Virus record (IMG/VR): IMGVR_UViG_3300038345_000144
Source of the DNA: a virus
Lineage: Duplodnaviria; Caudoviricetes
Reading direction: 5' to 3' (one strand)
Length of the DNA stretch: 64,000 bases
Part shown: positions 9,921 to 19,600 of the stretch, piece after piece
How the letters are laid out: each line of letters opens with the position of its first letter
How positions within the stretch are numbered: the stretch's first letter is position 1
The notes under the pieces: model-generated
What the model was told of the DNA's origin: nothing
Database searches by the model: none
What the model saw: only the letters and a program-made list of their open reading frames with translations
Program-made: the position numbers and the translations under genes

Positions 9921-10559
9921 TCACTCTATTGGTGCATCAAAATTTATGTTACTGCTATCATATTCTGTAATATCTAATGGCTCGACCTCAACACGGGTAA
10001 TTGTGAGTGTATGATTTCCCAGCGTATTATGAATAAAATCGTTAAGAAAATGCTTCAACTCATCATATTGGCTTTCAGGAATGGGAGGATATATCTTATG
10101 AACCTTTACGCTGTTTTGCCATTCGTAATAATCTTCCAATTCCTCGTCTCCATCACATTCGCAAATACCGTACATCTCGAATTTCTCTTTAGCCCTAACC
10201 GTCTTATCTTCTTCTTTATACTCAAAATCGGTTTCCCAAACCGTATCGAGGTGTCCGTTGATAATTTTATTCATACCATTAGCAAAGTCAGGGTCTAATT
10301 TACCTGCTGTAAAACCTAATCCATAGAAATCCTCTCGCTTAATTTCCAAGAAATCACTCATATCATCTATTAAATTAGTTTTTTCATACAGTAAATCATC
10401 ATCTTGAGAATTGTCAGGAACACTCATAATCTGATTATATTTTTCAATTGAAAAATCAGGATAATAACGACGCTCCCACTCGATAAACTCTTCAAGGACA
10501 AATTCCTGTTTAGCGTACATAATTAAAGTGACAAATAATTGAATTTCGTACTTTCTCAT
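9921..10559 (-). CDS. hypothetical protein
   Basis: 212 aa with AGGAG RBS. Confidence 0.75.
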   Translation of the reverse strand: MRKYEIQLFVTLIMYAKQEFVLEEFIEWERRYYPDFSIEKYNQIMSVPDNSQDDDLLYEKTNLIDDMSDFLEIKREDFYGLGFTAGKLDPDFANGMNKIINGHLDTVWETDFEYKEEDKTVRAKEKFEMYGICECDGDEELEDYYEWQNSVKVHKIYPPIPESQYDELKHFLNDFIHNTLGNHTLTITRVEVEPLDITEYDSSNINFDAPIE

Positions 10560-10571
10560 ATCACTTTCTCC

Positions 10572-11336
10572 TTATTTCTTTCTCTTTAGAACCTCTTGAG
10601 TCATTTTTTCCTGAAGAGCCTCATAATAATCGTCATCAGAGGAATATTCCTGTTCCGCAATCTGCTCTGAAGACTCTTCATAAATCTCATCAAAAGTATC
10701 TAAATCAATGCCCCACTTCTCTCGGAAGGCAGTTTTATACTCCTCCCACTCCTTTTTCCTCTGCTCTTGGGCTTCTGCATCCTTTTTGAGTCTTTCAATC
10801 CATTCAGGCTTAAACTCCTGTTTAGCGAGAGAACACTCTTCCCACGGAATTTCCTCATCAGTGTCACCGTCAAAGACTTTAACGACATAGTTAGGGTCTT
10901 TTGCCATCTGCTGAATACGGTAGCCGTCTAAATAATTGATACCTGTGGGACTATCTTCTATCTCGCTTCCCCAACTCTCCCACTCGGAAAAAGACTCATA
11001 ACCTTCAGCAAAGAAACTCGCCATCAAATCTTCTTTAGCCATATGAGAGTGAAATCCTGTGGCTCTTTCTTTATCTACTGTAACTGGAGCACCATCGACA
11101 AAAATCTCTTCAACTCCATTTTCCAGTAAGAAAGTAAAAAATGAGTTAGTATCATCAAAAGCAACTGCCCAACCATCAATTACATAGCGATAGTAACCGT
11201 CAAGGCGTGAGTCACCTCTTGAGTCAATTTGGACCGTTTTAGGGATTTTTATTGCGTCTGGACGATAACTGATTACACTAAATACGCAAGCACTGGAACT
11301 GTTTGTCTCAAACATACATCGTCTTATCTGTAACAT
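10572..11336 (-). CDS. FETNSS-motif protein 5
   Basis: N-terminus MLQIRRCMFETNSSSAC; charged C-terminal extension. Confidence 0.85.
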   Translation of the reverse strand: MLQIRRCMFETNSSSACVFSVISYRPDAIKIPKTVQIDSRGDSRLDGYYRYVIDGWAVAFDDTNSFFTFLLENGVEEIFVDGAPVTVDKERATGFHSHMAKEDLMASFFAEGYESFSEWESWGSEIEDSPTGINYLDGYRIQQMAKDPNYVVKVFDGDTDEEIPWEECSLAKQEFKPEWIERLKKDAEAQEQRKKEWEEYKTAFREKWGIDLDTFDEIYEESSEQIAEQEYSSDDDYYEALQEKMTQEVLKRKK

Positions 11337-11347
11337 AATGTTTCTCC

Positions 11348-11737
11348 TTATTGCTCTTCTAAATAAAAACTAACTGCTGTGTAATCGTCAACTGATGCTG
11401 TTGTAATATCCGCACAACGAGAAGGCGGGAAGGCTCCAAAGTAGTAAATGGCATATGTACCTACAAGATGGTCAATCATATACTCATCATCATCTTCTAC
11501 ATACTTCTGATACTGCCTTTGCCAGTAACCATCGCTGTCCTGCTTTAACTTCTCAAGAACATCTTTGCCCTTAATGAATGTAACAACACCATCGTCATTC
11601 TTTTTAGCAAAAAGACGCTCTTCAAGTTCCTCATCTTCAGACCTCTTCCAAAGTTTGTAGTCTGGGGTCTTCATAATGATAAGGGAATGAACGCTGGAAC
11701 TATTAGTTTCAAAGATACAATTTCTTATCTGTAACAT
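11348..11737 (-). CDS. FETNSS-motif protein 6 (subfamily B)
   Basis: N-terminus MLQIRNCIFETNSSSVH; full-length similarity to 14876..15238. Confidence 0.85.
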   Translation of the reverse strand: MLQIRNCIFETNSSSVHSLIIMKTPDYKLWKRSEDEELEERLFAKKNDDGVVTFIKGKDVLEKLKQDSDGYWQRQYQKYVEDDDEYMIDHLVGTYAIYYFGAFPPSRCADITTASVDDYTAVSFYLEEQ

Positions 11738-11751
11738 AGTATTTTCTCCTT

Positions 11752-12195
11752 TTAATCAAGAGGCTCAAACGGAGGTTTGGTAAGATAAACTTCTGAACCA
11801 TTAGGCATTTCTCTATACTCTAAATGACCTACCGTAAACCTATCTCCTTCTCTTTTACGCAATTCGTGTGGGAATTGACAAAATAACTTACCGTGAATAC
11901 CATCATTAGCAACGGCTCTTAATTTATGTGAGATGGGGTCATAGACAACTTCAACAACTAATTTGCTATTGTCTAAAGGCTTACCACCCTTAACCTCAAT
12001 TACGATTGCTCGGTTATCACCAACAGTAATATACTTGATTGATTTTTCCAGTAATTCAGGCTCAATGGAGTCTTTTCCCCAGTTATCATACGCTACGGGG
12101 GCAGTATGCCAGTCATTTTCTTCGGTACAGTCATAGACCAAATAGTGACAATTTACATCAAACTCGTTGTTTTCAATAAGTTCTTTTAACTTCAT
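11752..12195 (-). CDS. hypothetical protein
   Basis: 147 aa; N-terminal half resembles the ~70-aa family. Confidence 0.7.
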   Translation of the reverse strand: MKLKELIENNEFDVNCHYLVYDCTEENDWHTAPVAYDNWGKDSIEPELLEKSIKYITVGDNRAIVIEVKGGKPLDNSKLVVEVVYDPISHKLRAVANDGIHGKLFCQFPHELRKREGDRFTVGHLEYREMPNGSEVYLTKPPFEPLD

Positions 12196-12197
12196 AA

Positions 12198-12479
12198 TTA
12201 GCCTCCTAACAAGCCAATGAATACTAAACTATGGACATCAACTCCACCCTCTTTGGTTGCAATAAGCCCTTCAGGGGTTAAGCCCTGATAATCAAACTGG
12301 TAAACATAGCCATAAGAAGTAACTGCAAATACAGGTGAACCTCTATCTGTGGCTGTCAAAAATAATTTAGTATTATCATCACCAAGAATTATTAACCCGT
12401 TAGGGTCGGGAGTTACCATATCAGGCATTAAAGCATTATTCAAAGACAACTTTCCGTAAGCAAATGTACTAAAAGTCAT
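12198..12479 (-). CDS. hypothetical protein
   Basis: ORF with AGGAG RBS. Confidence 0.7.
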   Translation of the reverse strand: MTFSTFAYGKLSLNNALMPDMVTPDPNGLIILGDDNTKLFLTATDRGSPVFAVTSYGYVYQFDYQGLTPEGLIATKEGGVDVHSLVFIGLLGG

Positions 12480-12501
12480 AGTAATTTCTCCTTTTCTTTT
12501 A

Positions 12502-13203
12502 TTATTCGGGTCTTTCTAATGGATTTTTACACGAAAGGTACACAAGAATTCCTGTTTGCTCGAAACTATATTGTGGTTGTGTACTATTCATACCCAGTTC
12601 TATGTTCTTAAGCCCAAATTCCTCTAACCTGTTAATTAAGGCATTGGCTATTTTTTGCGGGTCTACGCATAAGACATAGTTACTGGAATTTTTCTTTGTC
12701 ATAAAGAGTTCGGTTTCCTCAAAATATGGTTCAAATATATCCTTGACGGTCTCATACTTTACGACCTTATTTGTATAACTTGACCTAAAAAAGAACCCAA
12801 AAGTTGGTAATTTTGACAAGTTAATTACATAAAATGTCTGGTCATTACAGATTATCTCTGCTGACAAGGCATAAGGTCGGATTATTGTATGTTCGGTTTT
12901 TGGACCTTTAGGATATATCTCATATTGAGGAAGATTGACCAAGAAACTAAAGCCTAAAGTAGGTCTATATCCCGTGTGCTTTGAGTCGGTAAGCATTTTC
13001 TCGATAAATGTCTGTAAGTCATCATCTGGGATATTATCTATTGCAGATATAAAAGTATTGATAGACTCTGCCACATCTGCATCAAACTGCTTTAGTTTAT
13101 CACTAAAGTCCATTCGGACCTTGTTAAAGTCATCTTGTCTTGCTTTTCTGTCTGCGTTAAAGGAATTTACTTTATGCTGTACTTGGTCAATATTTATTCC
13201 CAT
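12502..13203 (-). CDS. hypothetical protein, GLK...NPL family
   Basis: C-terminus RLEEFGLK...KNPL. Confidence 0.75.
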   Translation of the reverse strand: MGINIDQVQHKVNSFNADRKARQDDFNKVRMDFSDKLKQFDADVAESINTFISAIDNIPDDDLQTFIEKMLTDSKHTGYRPTLGFSFLVNLPQYEIYPKGPKTEHTIIRPYALSAEIICNDQTFYVINLSKLPTFGFFFRSSYTNKVVKYETVKDIFEPYFEETELFMTKKNSSNYVLCVDPQKIANALINRLEEFGLKNIELGMNSTQPQYSFEQTGILVYLSCKNPLERPE

Positions 13204-13214
13204 AAGGGTTCTCC

Positions 13215-13601
13215 TTATTCTTTAAGAATAGCGTAACTATCACTAATCAAATCAATAGCAAAATTACCCCAGTCACCTGTGGCAATCTTGTTTTCTACCT
13301 GATTTACAGTGCCTCTTGCGAACATACCGTTCTTAACACCCTCGTTATAAGGGTGGCACAAGCAAGAGTGGAACAGAACAATCTCCCTGCCCTTGATAAT
13401 TGCTAAAATGTCCTCATCGGTCATCTTCAAAAATCTATTGGTGTCAATGGAGTTATCCTTTTCGTTCAACTCAATACGATGTGCAGGGGCTACTAATGAG
13501 TTATTACACTTGTCGCAACAACCCATTGTGTAGGGTACGATAGGTTCGGGAAAGTTACTAACTTCTGTGAAGGCTTCCCCACAAATATCACAAATCTTCA
13601 T
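13215..13601 (-). CDS. zinc-finger protein with DUF4314-like C-terminus
   Basis: CDIC...CCDKCN; RGTVxxV...WG; start MKICD after AGGAGG. Confidence 0.6.
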   Translation of the reverse strand: MKICDICGEAFTEVSNFPEPIVPYTMGCCDKCNNSLVAPAHRIELNEKDNSIDTNRFLKMTDEDILAIIKGREIVLFHSCLCHPYNEGVKNGMFARGTVNQVENKIATGDWGNFAIDLISDSYAILKE

Positions 13602-13614
13602 AGGCAAATCCTCC

Positions 13615-14622
13615 TTAATCGTTAGTAAATACTGAAATACCGCCCTTACGGTGTGCCGCCAAATAGAAATCGTGGCTGTGGAGGACATAAGTATTACCGC
13701 CTGCTCTCCACCAAATCAAGTCTGTAATCTCTCTGCCGTTATACTCAAGAGGTGGTAACTCTCTTACATTTCTGATAACAACATTACCAGAGTCGGGGTC
13801 AAAGTCTGTTGAGAGGGATTGATTTGTCATATCCAATACATAAGCCTGACGGAAATCGTTGATTTCGATAATCTCGCCTACATAGTGGTCATCAGTATTG
13901 AACATCTCTGCTACTGCCTTTTCCTCGGCTTTCTTGAACTTGATTGTACTTCTCTTGCTCATACCGTCCTTCATCATACCCATCCAGAGGTAGCCAGGTA
14001 TTACATACTGACCGTTTTCGGTATCTCTCTCAAAGCCTAACAAGGAATTAACGCCATCAGTACAAACCTTGATAATACCAAGTCCCTTTGGTCCGATATA
14101 CTTAACAGGAACCTTGATGTCAAATTCGCTGTTATATCCCTTTGGTGATACAGTTACATTGATATAATCGTTGTTAAAGTCCTTCTCACCCTCGTTGTGG
14201 ATAGCATACTCTCTGTAATCAAGAGCGTGTCCGTGTGCATAAGCGTTCTCTTTTGCTGTGGTAATACCAACATAAGACCTGATTGGCTGAATACCCTGCA
14301 ATCTTCCAGCACAATAGTTAACCAAAAGGGCAAAATAAAGGTCATTTGCCGAAATGTCATAACCAAAGCCTGTTCTTTCCATCAACTCGTCCCAGAATGT
14401 AAGGATTGTAGTGATGTCCTCAAACAACTCATCGTCAATCTTGCCTGAAAAGATTTCGTCCATCATAGGACTAACTTCACTCTCCCAGCAATCAACAAGG
14501 TTGTCTAACTGGAATTTAGCAATCTTCGGGTCTCTTGCAAATCTGCTGTAAATTCTGCCGTTGTCCTTATCTCCGTTCATTACACGGGTAAGAGCAACCT
14601 CTACTCCATAATCTTTAATCAT
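13615..14622 (-). CDS. hypothetical protein
   Basis: 335 aa with RBS. Confidence 0.8.
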   Translation of the reverse strand: MIKDYGVEVALTRVMNGDKDNGRIYSRFARDPKIAKFQLDNLVDCWESEVSPMMDEIFSGKIDDELFEDITTILTFWDELMERTGFGYDISANDLYFALLVNYCAGRLQGIQPIRSYVGITTAKENAYAHGHALDYREYAIHNEGEKDFNNDYINVTVSPKGYNSEFDIKVPVKYIGPKGLGIIKVCTDGVNSLLGFERDTENGQYVIPGYLWMGMMKDGMSKRSTIKFKKAEEKAVAEMFNTDDHYVGEIIEINDFRQAYVLDMTNQSLSTDFDPDSGNVVIRNVRELPPLEYNGREITDLIWWRAGGNTYVLHSHDFYLAAHRKGGISVFTND

Positions 14623-14640
14623 AGTGCTTGTATTTCTCCT

Positions 14641-14856
14641 TTATTCGGTAATTCCCCACTTCTTTTCGTACTCTTCGGTAGTCATTTTGCCTTCAAGAAG
14701 TAACTTAATGTCATCATTCTTGTCAGTAAACTTCTGCTTACGCTCCAAGTCTTCCTTTGTGGGCGGGTTTGTTTCTCTGTCGTGCATACGCTGTAATCTA
14801 TCAGCGTCCATCATAAATGCCTTTACATCTTCGGGTAAGTCTTTATACTGTCCCAT
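14641..14856 (-). CDS. hypothetical protein
   Basis: 71 aa; GGAGGT RBS. Confidence 0.7.
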   Translation of the reverse strand: MGQYKDLPEDVKAFMMDADRLQRMHDRETNPPTKEDLERKQKFTDKNDDIKLLLEGKMTTEEYEKKWGITE

Positions 14857-14875
14857 AATTTACCTCCAAAATTAT

Positions 14876-15238
14876 TTAATCTGCATAGTAGAAACTAATT
14901 GCTGTGTAGCCGTTCTTTTCGGCTGTTTCAATATCCATATAGTTAGGTGGATAAGCGTCAAGTTCTCTAATTGCAAAGGAAACAACATCATATTCTTGGT
15001 CAACATACTTTGCCCATCTGTTGTTCTTTTTCATTTTCTCAATGACCTTTTCACCTGAAATGAACTTTACATCGCCACTATCCTTATCAATAGTGTTAAC
15101 CTGCATAAACATCATATCTTTAATTTCGCCACTGTTTCTTGAATTCCACCACTTGTTGTATTCTGCGGTAGAAACAATGACTAAAGTATGTGTGCTTGAA
15201 CTGTTGGTTTCAAAAAGTCCTGCTCTAATCTGGAACAT
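14876..15238 (-). CDS. FETNSS-motif protein 7 (subfamily B)
   Basis: N-terminus MFQIRAGLFETNSSSTH. Confidence 0.85.
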   Translation of the reverse strand: MFQIRAGLFETNSSSTHTLVIVSTAEYNKWWNSRNSGEIKDMMFMQVNTIDKDSGDVKFISGEKVIEKMKKNNRWAKYVDQEYDVVSFAIRELDAYPPNYMDIETAEKNGYTAISFYYAD

Positions 15239-15250
15239 AATAATTCTCCT

Positions 15251-15862
15251 TTATAAAAATGTTTCAAGTTGGTCTAACTTGTTTACTGTACCATCGTCAT
15301 TAAAATCGACTATGGCTAATTGATAAACACAATATACATCGGTCTTCCCTCCGAAAAGGGAGTTTTTTATCGTATAGTGGTTAGGGCTATGAAGGTGTCC
15401 GTGTATAACTGTTTTAGGCTTGTTATCCTTGATATACTGGGAAATTCCTTTTAACCCACAATGAGCGTCGTCTTTATTCGGGTTATATGGACCATCGTGG
15501 CAGAATAAGACATCGGCTTTAGGTAGGCTCTTACAGACTATTATTCCCTCTGGCTGTTCATAGCCAAATGCCTGTGTCGGCTTATATCTATGGGAGCCAT
15601 TCAGTCCCGTATAGTGAAAATTGCCCAATTCCATCAACTTATGGTCGAAATTAGGGATATTTTGTAGGGTATCAGGCATATCGTGGTTGCCATAAAGCCC
15701 GTACATCAGAATATCCTTAAAATGCTCTTTCATCTGATTGACTTCAGCAACATAATGGTCGCCCAACAGGATAACCCTGTCCAAATCCACTAATTTATCC
15801 TTATTTTTCTCATATACACCCCTATATATGCCGTGGGTGTCGGTTATTACTAAAACTCGCAT
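15251..15862 (-). CDS. calcineurin-like metallophosphoesterase
   Basis: DTHG, LGD, GNHD, CHD and HGHLH metal-binding motifs. Confidence 0.9.
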   Translation of the reverse strand: MRVLVITDTHGIYRGVYEKNKDKLVDLDRVILLGDHYVAEVNQMKEHFKDILMYGLYGNHDMPDTLQNIPNFDHKLMELGNFHYTGLNGSHRYKPTQAFGYEQPEGIIVCKSLPKADVLFCHDGPYNPNKDDAHCGLKGISQYIKDNKPKTVIHGHLHSPNHYTIKNSLFGGKTDVYCVYQLAIVDFNDDGTVNKLDQLETFL

Positions 15863-15889
15863 TGTATAAAATTCCTTTCACATTAAGTT

Positions 15890-16417
15890 TTATTCAGCAA
15901 ATACACGGGCAAAGTTCTTGTCTTCTTCAGAAAAATGGAACTCTTTGCCTTTATAGTCTACTGAAATCTGATTGTTTGCGTCAACTGAATATCTAAATTT
16001 TTGAGAAATCAGGTTAATAATCTCTTCTTTTGGAAGTTGAACGGAAATAACAATACAATCGCTAAAGGCACATATCAAAATATTTGCATTATGCCCCGCA
16101 ATTTGATTAAGTCCTTCTTCTAACTTCTCTATTTCTCTGGATTTAGGTAGTCTTTGAGTTGGGAATAAGCCGTCGGCAGAATTATACCAAATAAAGCCAT
16201 TATGTTCGGCTCCCGCTTTGAAGTCTAACATTGTAGGGCTGGTATTTAATAGGTCAGCAAGTTGGTCAATCTGTTGATTGTCCGTATAGTAAGTTGTTAT
16301 TCCCCATTTAGACGATATACAAACTCCCCCTCCTAAACGGTTGCCAATAGGCTTTATTGTGCCGTCATATACTTCCATAGCGTCGTCCATCATAGTGACT
16401 AAATTATCAATTGTCAT
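15890..16417 (-). CDS. hypothetical protein
   Basis: start MTIDN after GAGGAG. Confidence 0.75.
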   Translation of the reverse strand: MTIDNLVTMMDDAMEVYDGTIKPIGNRLGGGVCISSKWGITTYYTDNQQIDQLADLLNTSPTMLDFKAGAEHNGFIWYNSADGLFPTQRLPKSREIEKLEEGLNQIAGHNANILICAFSDCIVISVQLPKEEIINLISQKFRYSVDANNQISVDYKGKEFHFSEEDKNFARVFAE

Positions 16418-16435
16418 ATGCCGTTTCTCCTCTCT

Positions 16436-16475
16436 AAAAAACAAAAGGAGATTGTGCATTTCTTACACAACCTCC
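16436..16475 (-). terminator. leader intrinsic terminator-like hairpin
   Basis: minus strand GGAGGTTGTGT-aagaaat-GCACAATCTCC-TTTTGTTTTT. Confidence 0.65.
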
Positions 16476-16490
16476 ATCCAAGCATACCAT

Positions 16491-16508
16491 TATTATAATT
16501 AAATAGTC
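16491..16508 (-). promoter_or_regulatory. putative promoter element GACTATTTAAT-TATAAT
   Basis: 18 bp identical to 41599..41616; contains perfect -10 TATAAT. Confidence 0.65.
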
Positions 16509-16527
16509 GTTCCTTGCCTTACACGAT

Positions 16528-16544
16528 TGTAACATAATTGTAAT
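16528..16544 (+). promoter_or_regulatory. TGTAAC-N5-TGTAAT direct repeat (WalR/OmpR-type box)
   Basis: matches TGTWAH-N5-TGTWAH; same motif at 41118 and 50114. Confidence 0.5.
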
Positions 16545-16551
16545 ATAAGGC

Positions 16552-16594
16552 AAAAAGAAGAATAGTGCCTATCAAACCGATAGACACTATCCTT
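16552..16594 (-). terminator. intrinsic terminator of pilus operon
   Basis: ATAGTGTCTATC-ggttt-GATAGGCACTAT-TCTTCTTTTT just after the adhesin stop. Confidence 0.8.
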
Positions 16595-16612
16595 TAGTTA
16601 GTTAAACCACGA

Positions 16613-19600
16613 TTAAGCAGTTTCTTCAGCACCGTCTTCTCTCTTCTTTTTGAAGATAAAGACCTTCATCATACCAGCCATCATTATGCAGATAATAATG
16701 ACAAATGTTGTGGTTGAAGTGTCCTTGAAGCCCGTAGGACTTGGGACAACTGAACCTGTGATATGGTATGTTTCATTACTGTTATAGTAATACTCTTCAG
16801 GGAGGTCAATACCGTTGAAGGAGATAACCTGACCCTTATTTACGATAAGAGTATTAGGGATAGCAGTATTAACTGTGCAAGGAATACCGATTGTGTAGGA
16901 AGACCTACCAGAAGTAGAACTACCCAACATACCGAACTTGACTGTTAATTTATTGCCATCGACAGTAACCGTAATGTTGTCATAACTGCTCAAAGGCTTA
17001 TCGTTAATCAAGATGTTTGCCTCATCTATTGTTACAGAAGCAGGGAGATTATCAGTAACGATTACATCAGTTAAGTCTGTATTCTCTCTGTTCTCAACCT
17101 TCAATGAGTACAAGAGCATATCGTCCTTGAATACTTCGTGCGGTGCTGTTTCTGTACCACTTTCAGGGTTAGAAGTGAGCGTTACAAGAAGTTCAGGTAA
17201 ATGAATTGTAGCATATGTTGTATTTACGGAAGGAGACTGCTCAACGAATGTTCCGTTCTTCTTCTCATCACGATAGAGAGTAGCGGTATTGTTGACCTGT
17301 GTTTCCTCGAAAATAGCATCTGCCTTCTCATAGATTACGATGTTAAATGCTCTTGCGGAGGAGCCATTACCTAAAATGAACTGCTCGCCGTTGACATCCT
17401 TACTGTAATCTACAACGATACCATAGACCTTCAATCCCGTAGGAATAGTCTTTGTCCAACCGTGCTCTGTGTCAATGTTATCAAAATCAGGTTCAGGGTC
17501 TAATGAGTACCAAACTTCACCCTTTGATGTTGTTGCAGTACCATCAGGCTTGTAACCACCGATTGTAGGAACATAAACGCTCTGGAGTGTACCAGCACCG
17601 TCTAACTTATCCTTGATAACCATATTTGTAGAGATGGTATCTTGGCTCTGACCATAGAAAATCTTGTAAGAATAGTTCTCACCTGGAACGATATTTACAG
17701 TAGAAGAATACTGGTTATTACCACGGGCAACTGAACCAAACAAACCATAAGCCTCTGCCTGTGGAGCGTAGTAATACAATGTTGTTGCCGCAGTTGATAC
17801 ATAGTAATCGTCTCTGTACTGCTCGTACAAGTCAGCATAATACTGTCTGTCCATTCTCATATTTCCATAGTAAGTATAGATGTTGTCATATACCTCGTCC
17901 ATATTAGAAGTATTGACGAAGAACATAGAGATATTACCCTCTGTTCCCAATATGAGAGCGTCTTGGTATGTACGCTGTGTTAAGAACTCTACATATACCT
18001 GTGAGTATTTAATATCGTGCATTGTGACGATAAGCATTGTTCTACCACTATTCTGCCAGTTGTTGACAAACTCGTAGTCATAGAACTCGGTAGAAATTCC
18101 ATAACCGTCCTTACTTGAGTCGTTATTGTTATTACCAATCAAGTAAACGGCTGAAGGGTTAGGTGATGCCTCTGGTAAGAGTACATAGAAAATACCTGAA
18201 CCAATCGGAGTTGTTGGAGTATTTCTGTCAGCGTGGTAGTTTCTTACGCCTGCAAATGCCCAAATACTTGAAACTCTGTTTGTAGGGTCTTCAGTTCTTT
18301 CATTGTTCTTGATACTGGAGTCAATAGACAATGCTGAAGATGGCAACTTGACAAGTTCATACAAGTCCTCAAATGCGTTAGGGTCAGTGTGTGTATGGTT
18401 CAAAACATAGTGCTGTGACTCCATACTTGCCTCGTCAAAGTTGAGGTCCAAATGACAACCAAGTTTAATTACTGTGGAAGCGTTAATATCAAAGTCAGAC
18501 TGTACCTGTGTCTTTACTCTTGCAGAAGACTTTAAGGTAACGAACGGGTCGAGCAATACTCTGATATAGAAGTGTTCAGAAGAGTCTGTAACGAACTTCC
18601 AAGCAATAGTACCTTCAGGGAGATTAACTGTTTGTGCTCTATTACCCCAGTATTCATTCTCGGTAAATAAAATCCAATCAGTATCGCCTGCCCTCTTAAC
18701 ATAGATAGAGTAAGGAATATCGCTTACATAAGTATCTTTTTGCTTTAATGTCCAAGCGACATCTTCATTTGTACTTACATCAGCATCATAAATCTCGATT
18801 GTGAATGTGAGTTTTGAGAACTCATAGTCATTCTCGCCCAAAATTATGTTACCGCAAGCAGGGTTCCACATATTGTAGTCATCGCCTGCACCAGAACTCA
18901 AGTAAACATCACCAATATCCATCCAGAGATTTACATTCTGGTTAACCCAACGGAATGTAGTATTTCCATCTGTATCAGTAAATGATGTCCACGGTGAAGT
19001 GTTCTGATACTTAACTGCCCACTCAAGTCCAGAAACGCCAGAACCATTAAGGATTGCGTTCTGTGAGTGCTTTGTAGGCTCGTAACCAACTCTACCGATT
19101 GTGAAGTTAGCCTCATCTCTCTGATAGAGTGCAAAACGATAATCTACTGCCTCTGCCTCGATGATATGTTCCTCACCATCAAAGATGACTTTAGCGGTAT
19201 TGTGTACGATAGTTCTACCACTATCACCCAACAATGATGTAGGATAACGGCAGAGAACATACATAGCACCGTAACCACTCTTACTATTTACACTATCACA
19301 ATTCTTGTAAGTGCCTTGCTGACCATATCCAACAACTTCACCCTCGCAGTCGTCAACGACATAGAGAGCCATTGAAGAGTAGTCAGATGAAGGGCAATAG
19401 AAAGATGTAGAATAAGTCCATAATACATAGAAGTAGTCATCAGAGTCTTCAGGTCTTGAACCCCAACTATTCTGCCATACAGTATAAGAAGTACCTGTAC
19501 CTCTTGTAGATGAATAGGAGTTACCGCTTCTTGGAGCAACTCTTACATTCATTTCATAAGACTTCTGTGTATCAAACTCACCATCGTTATCAGTATCAAT

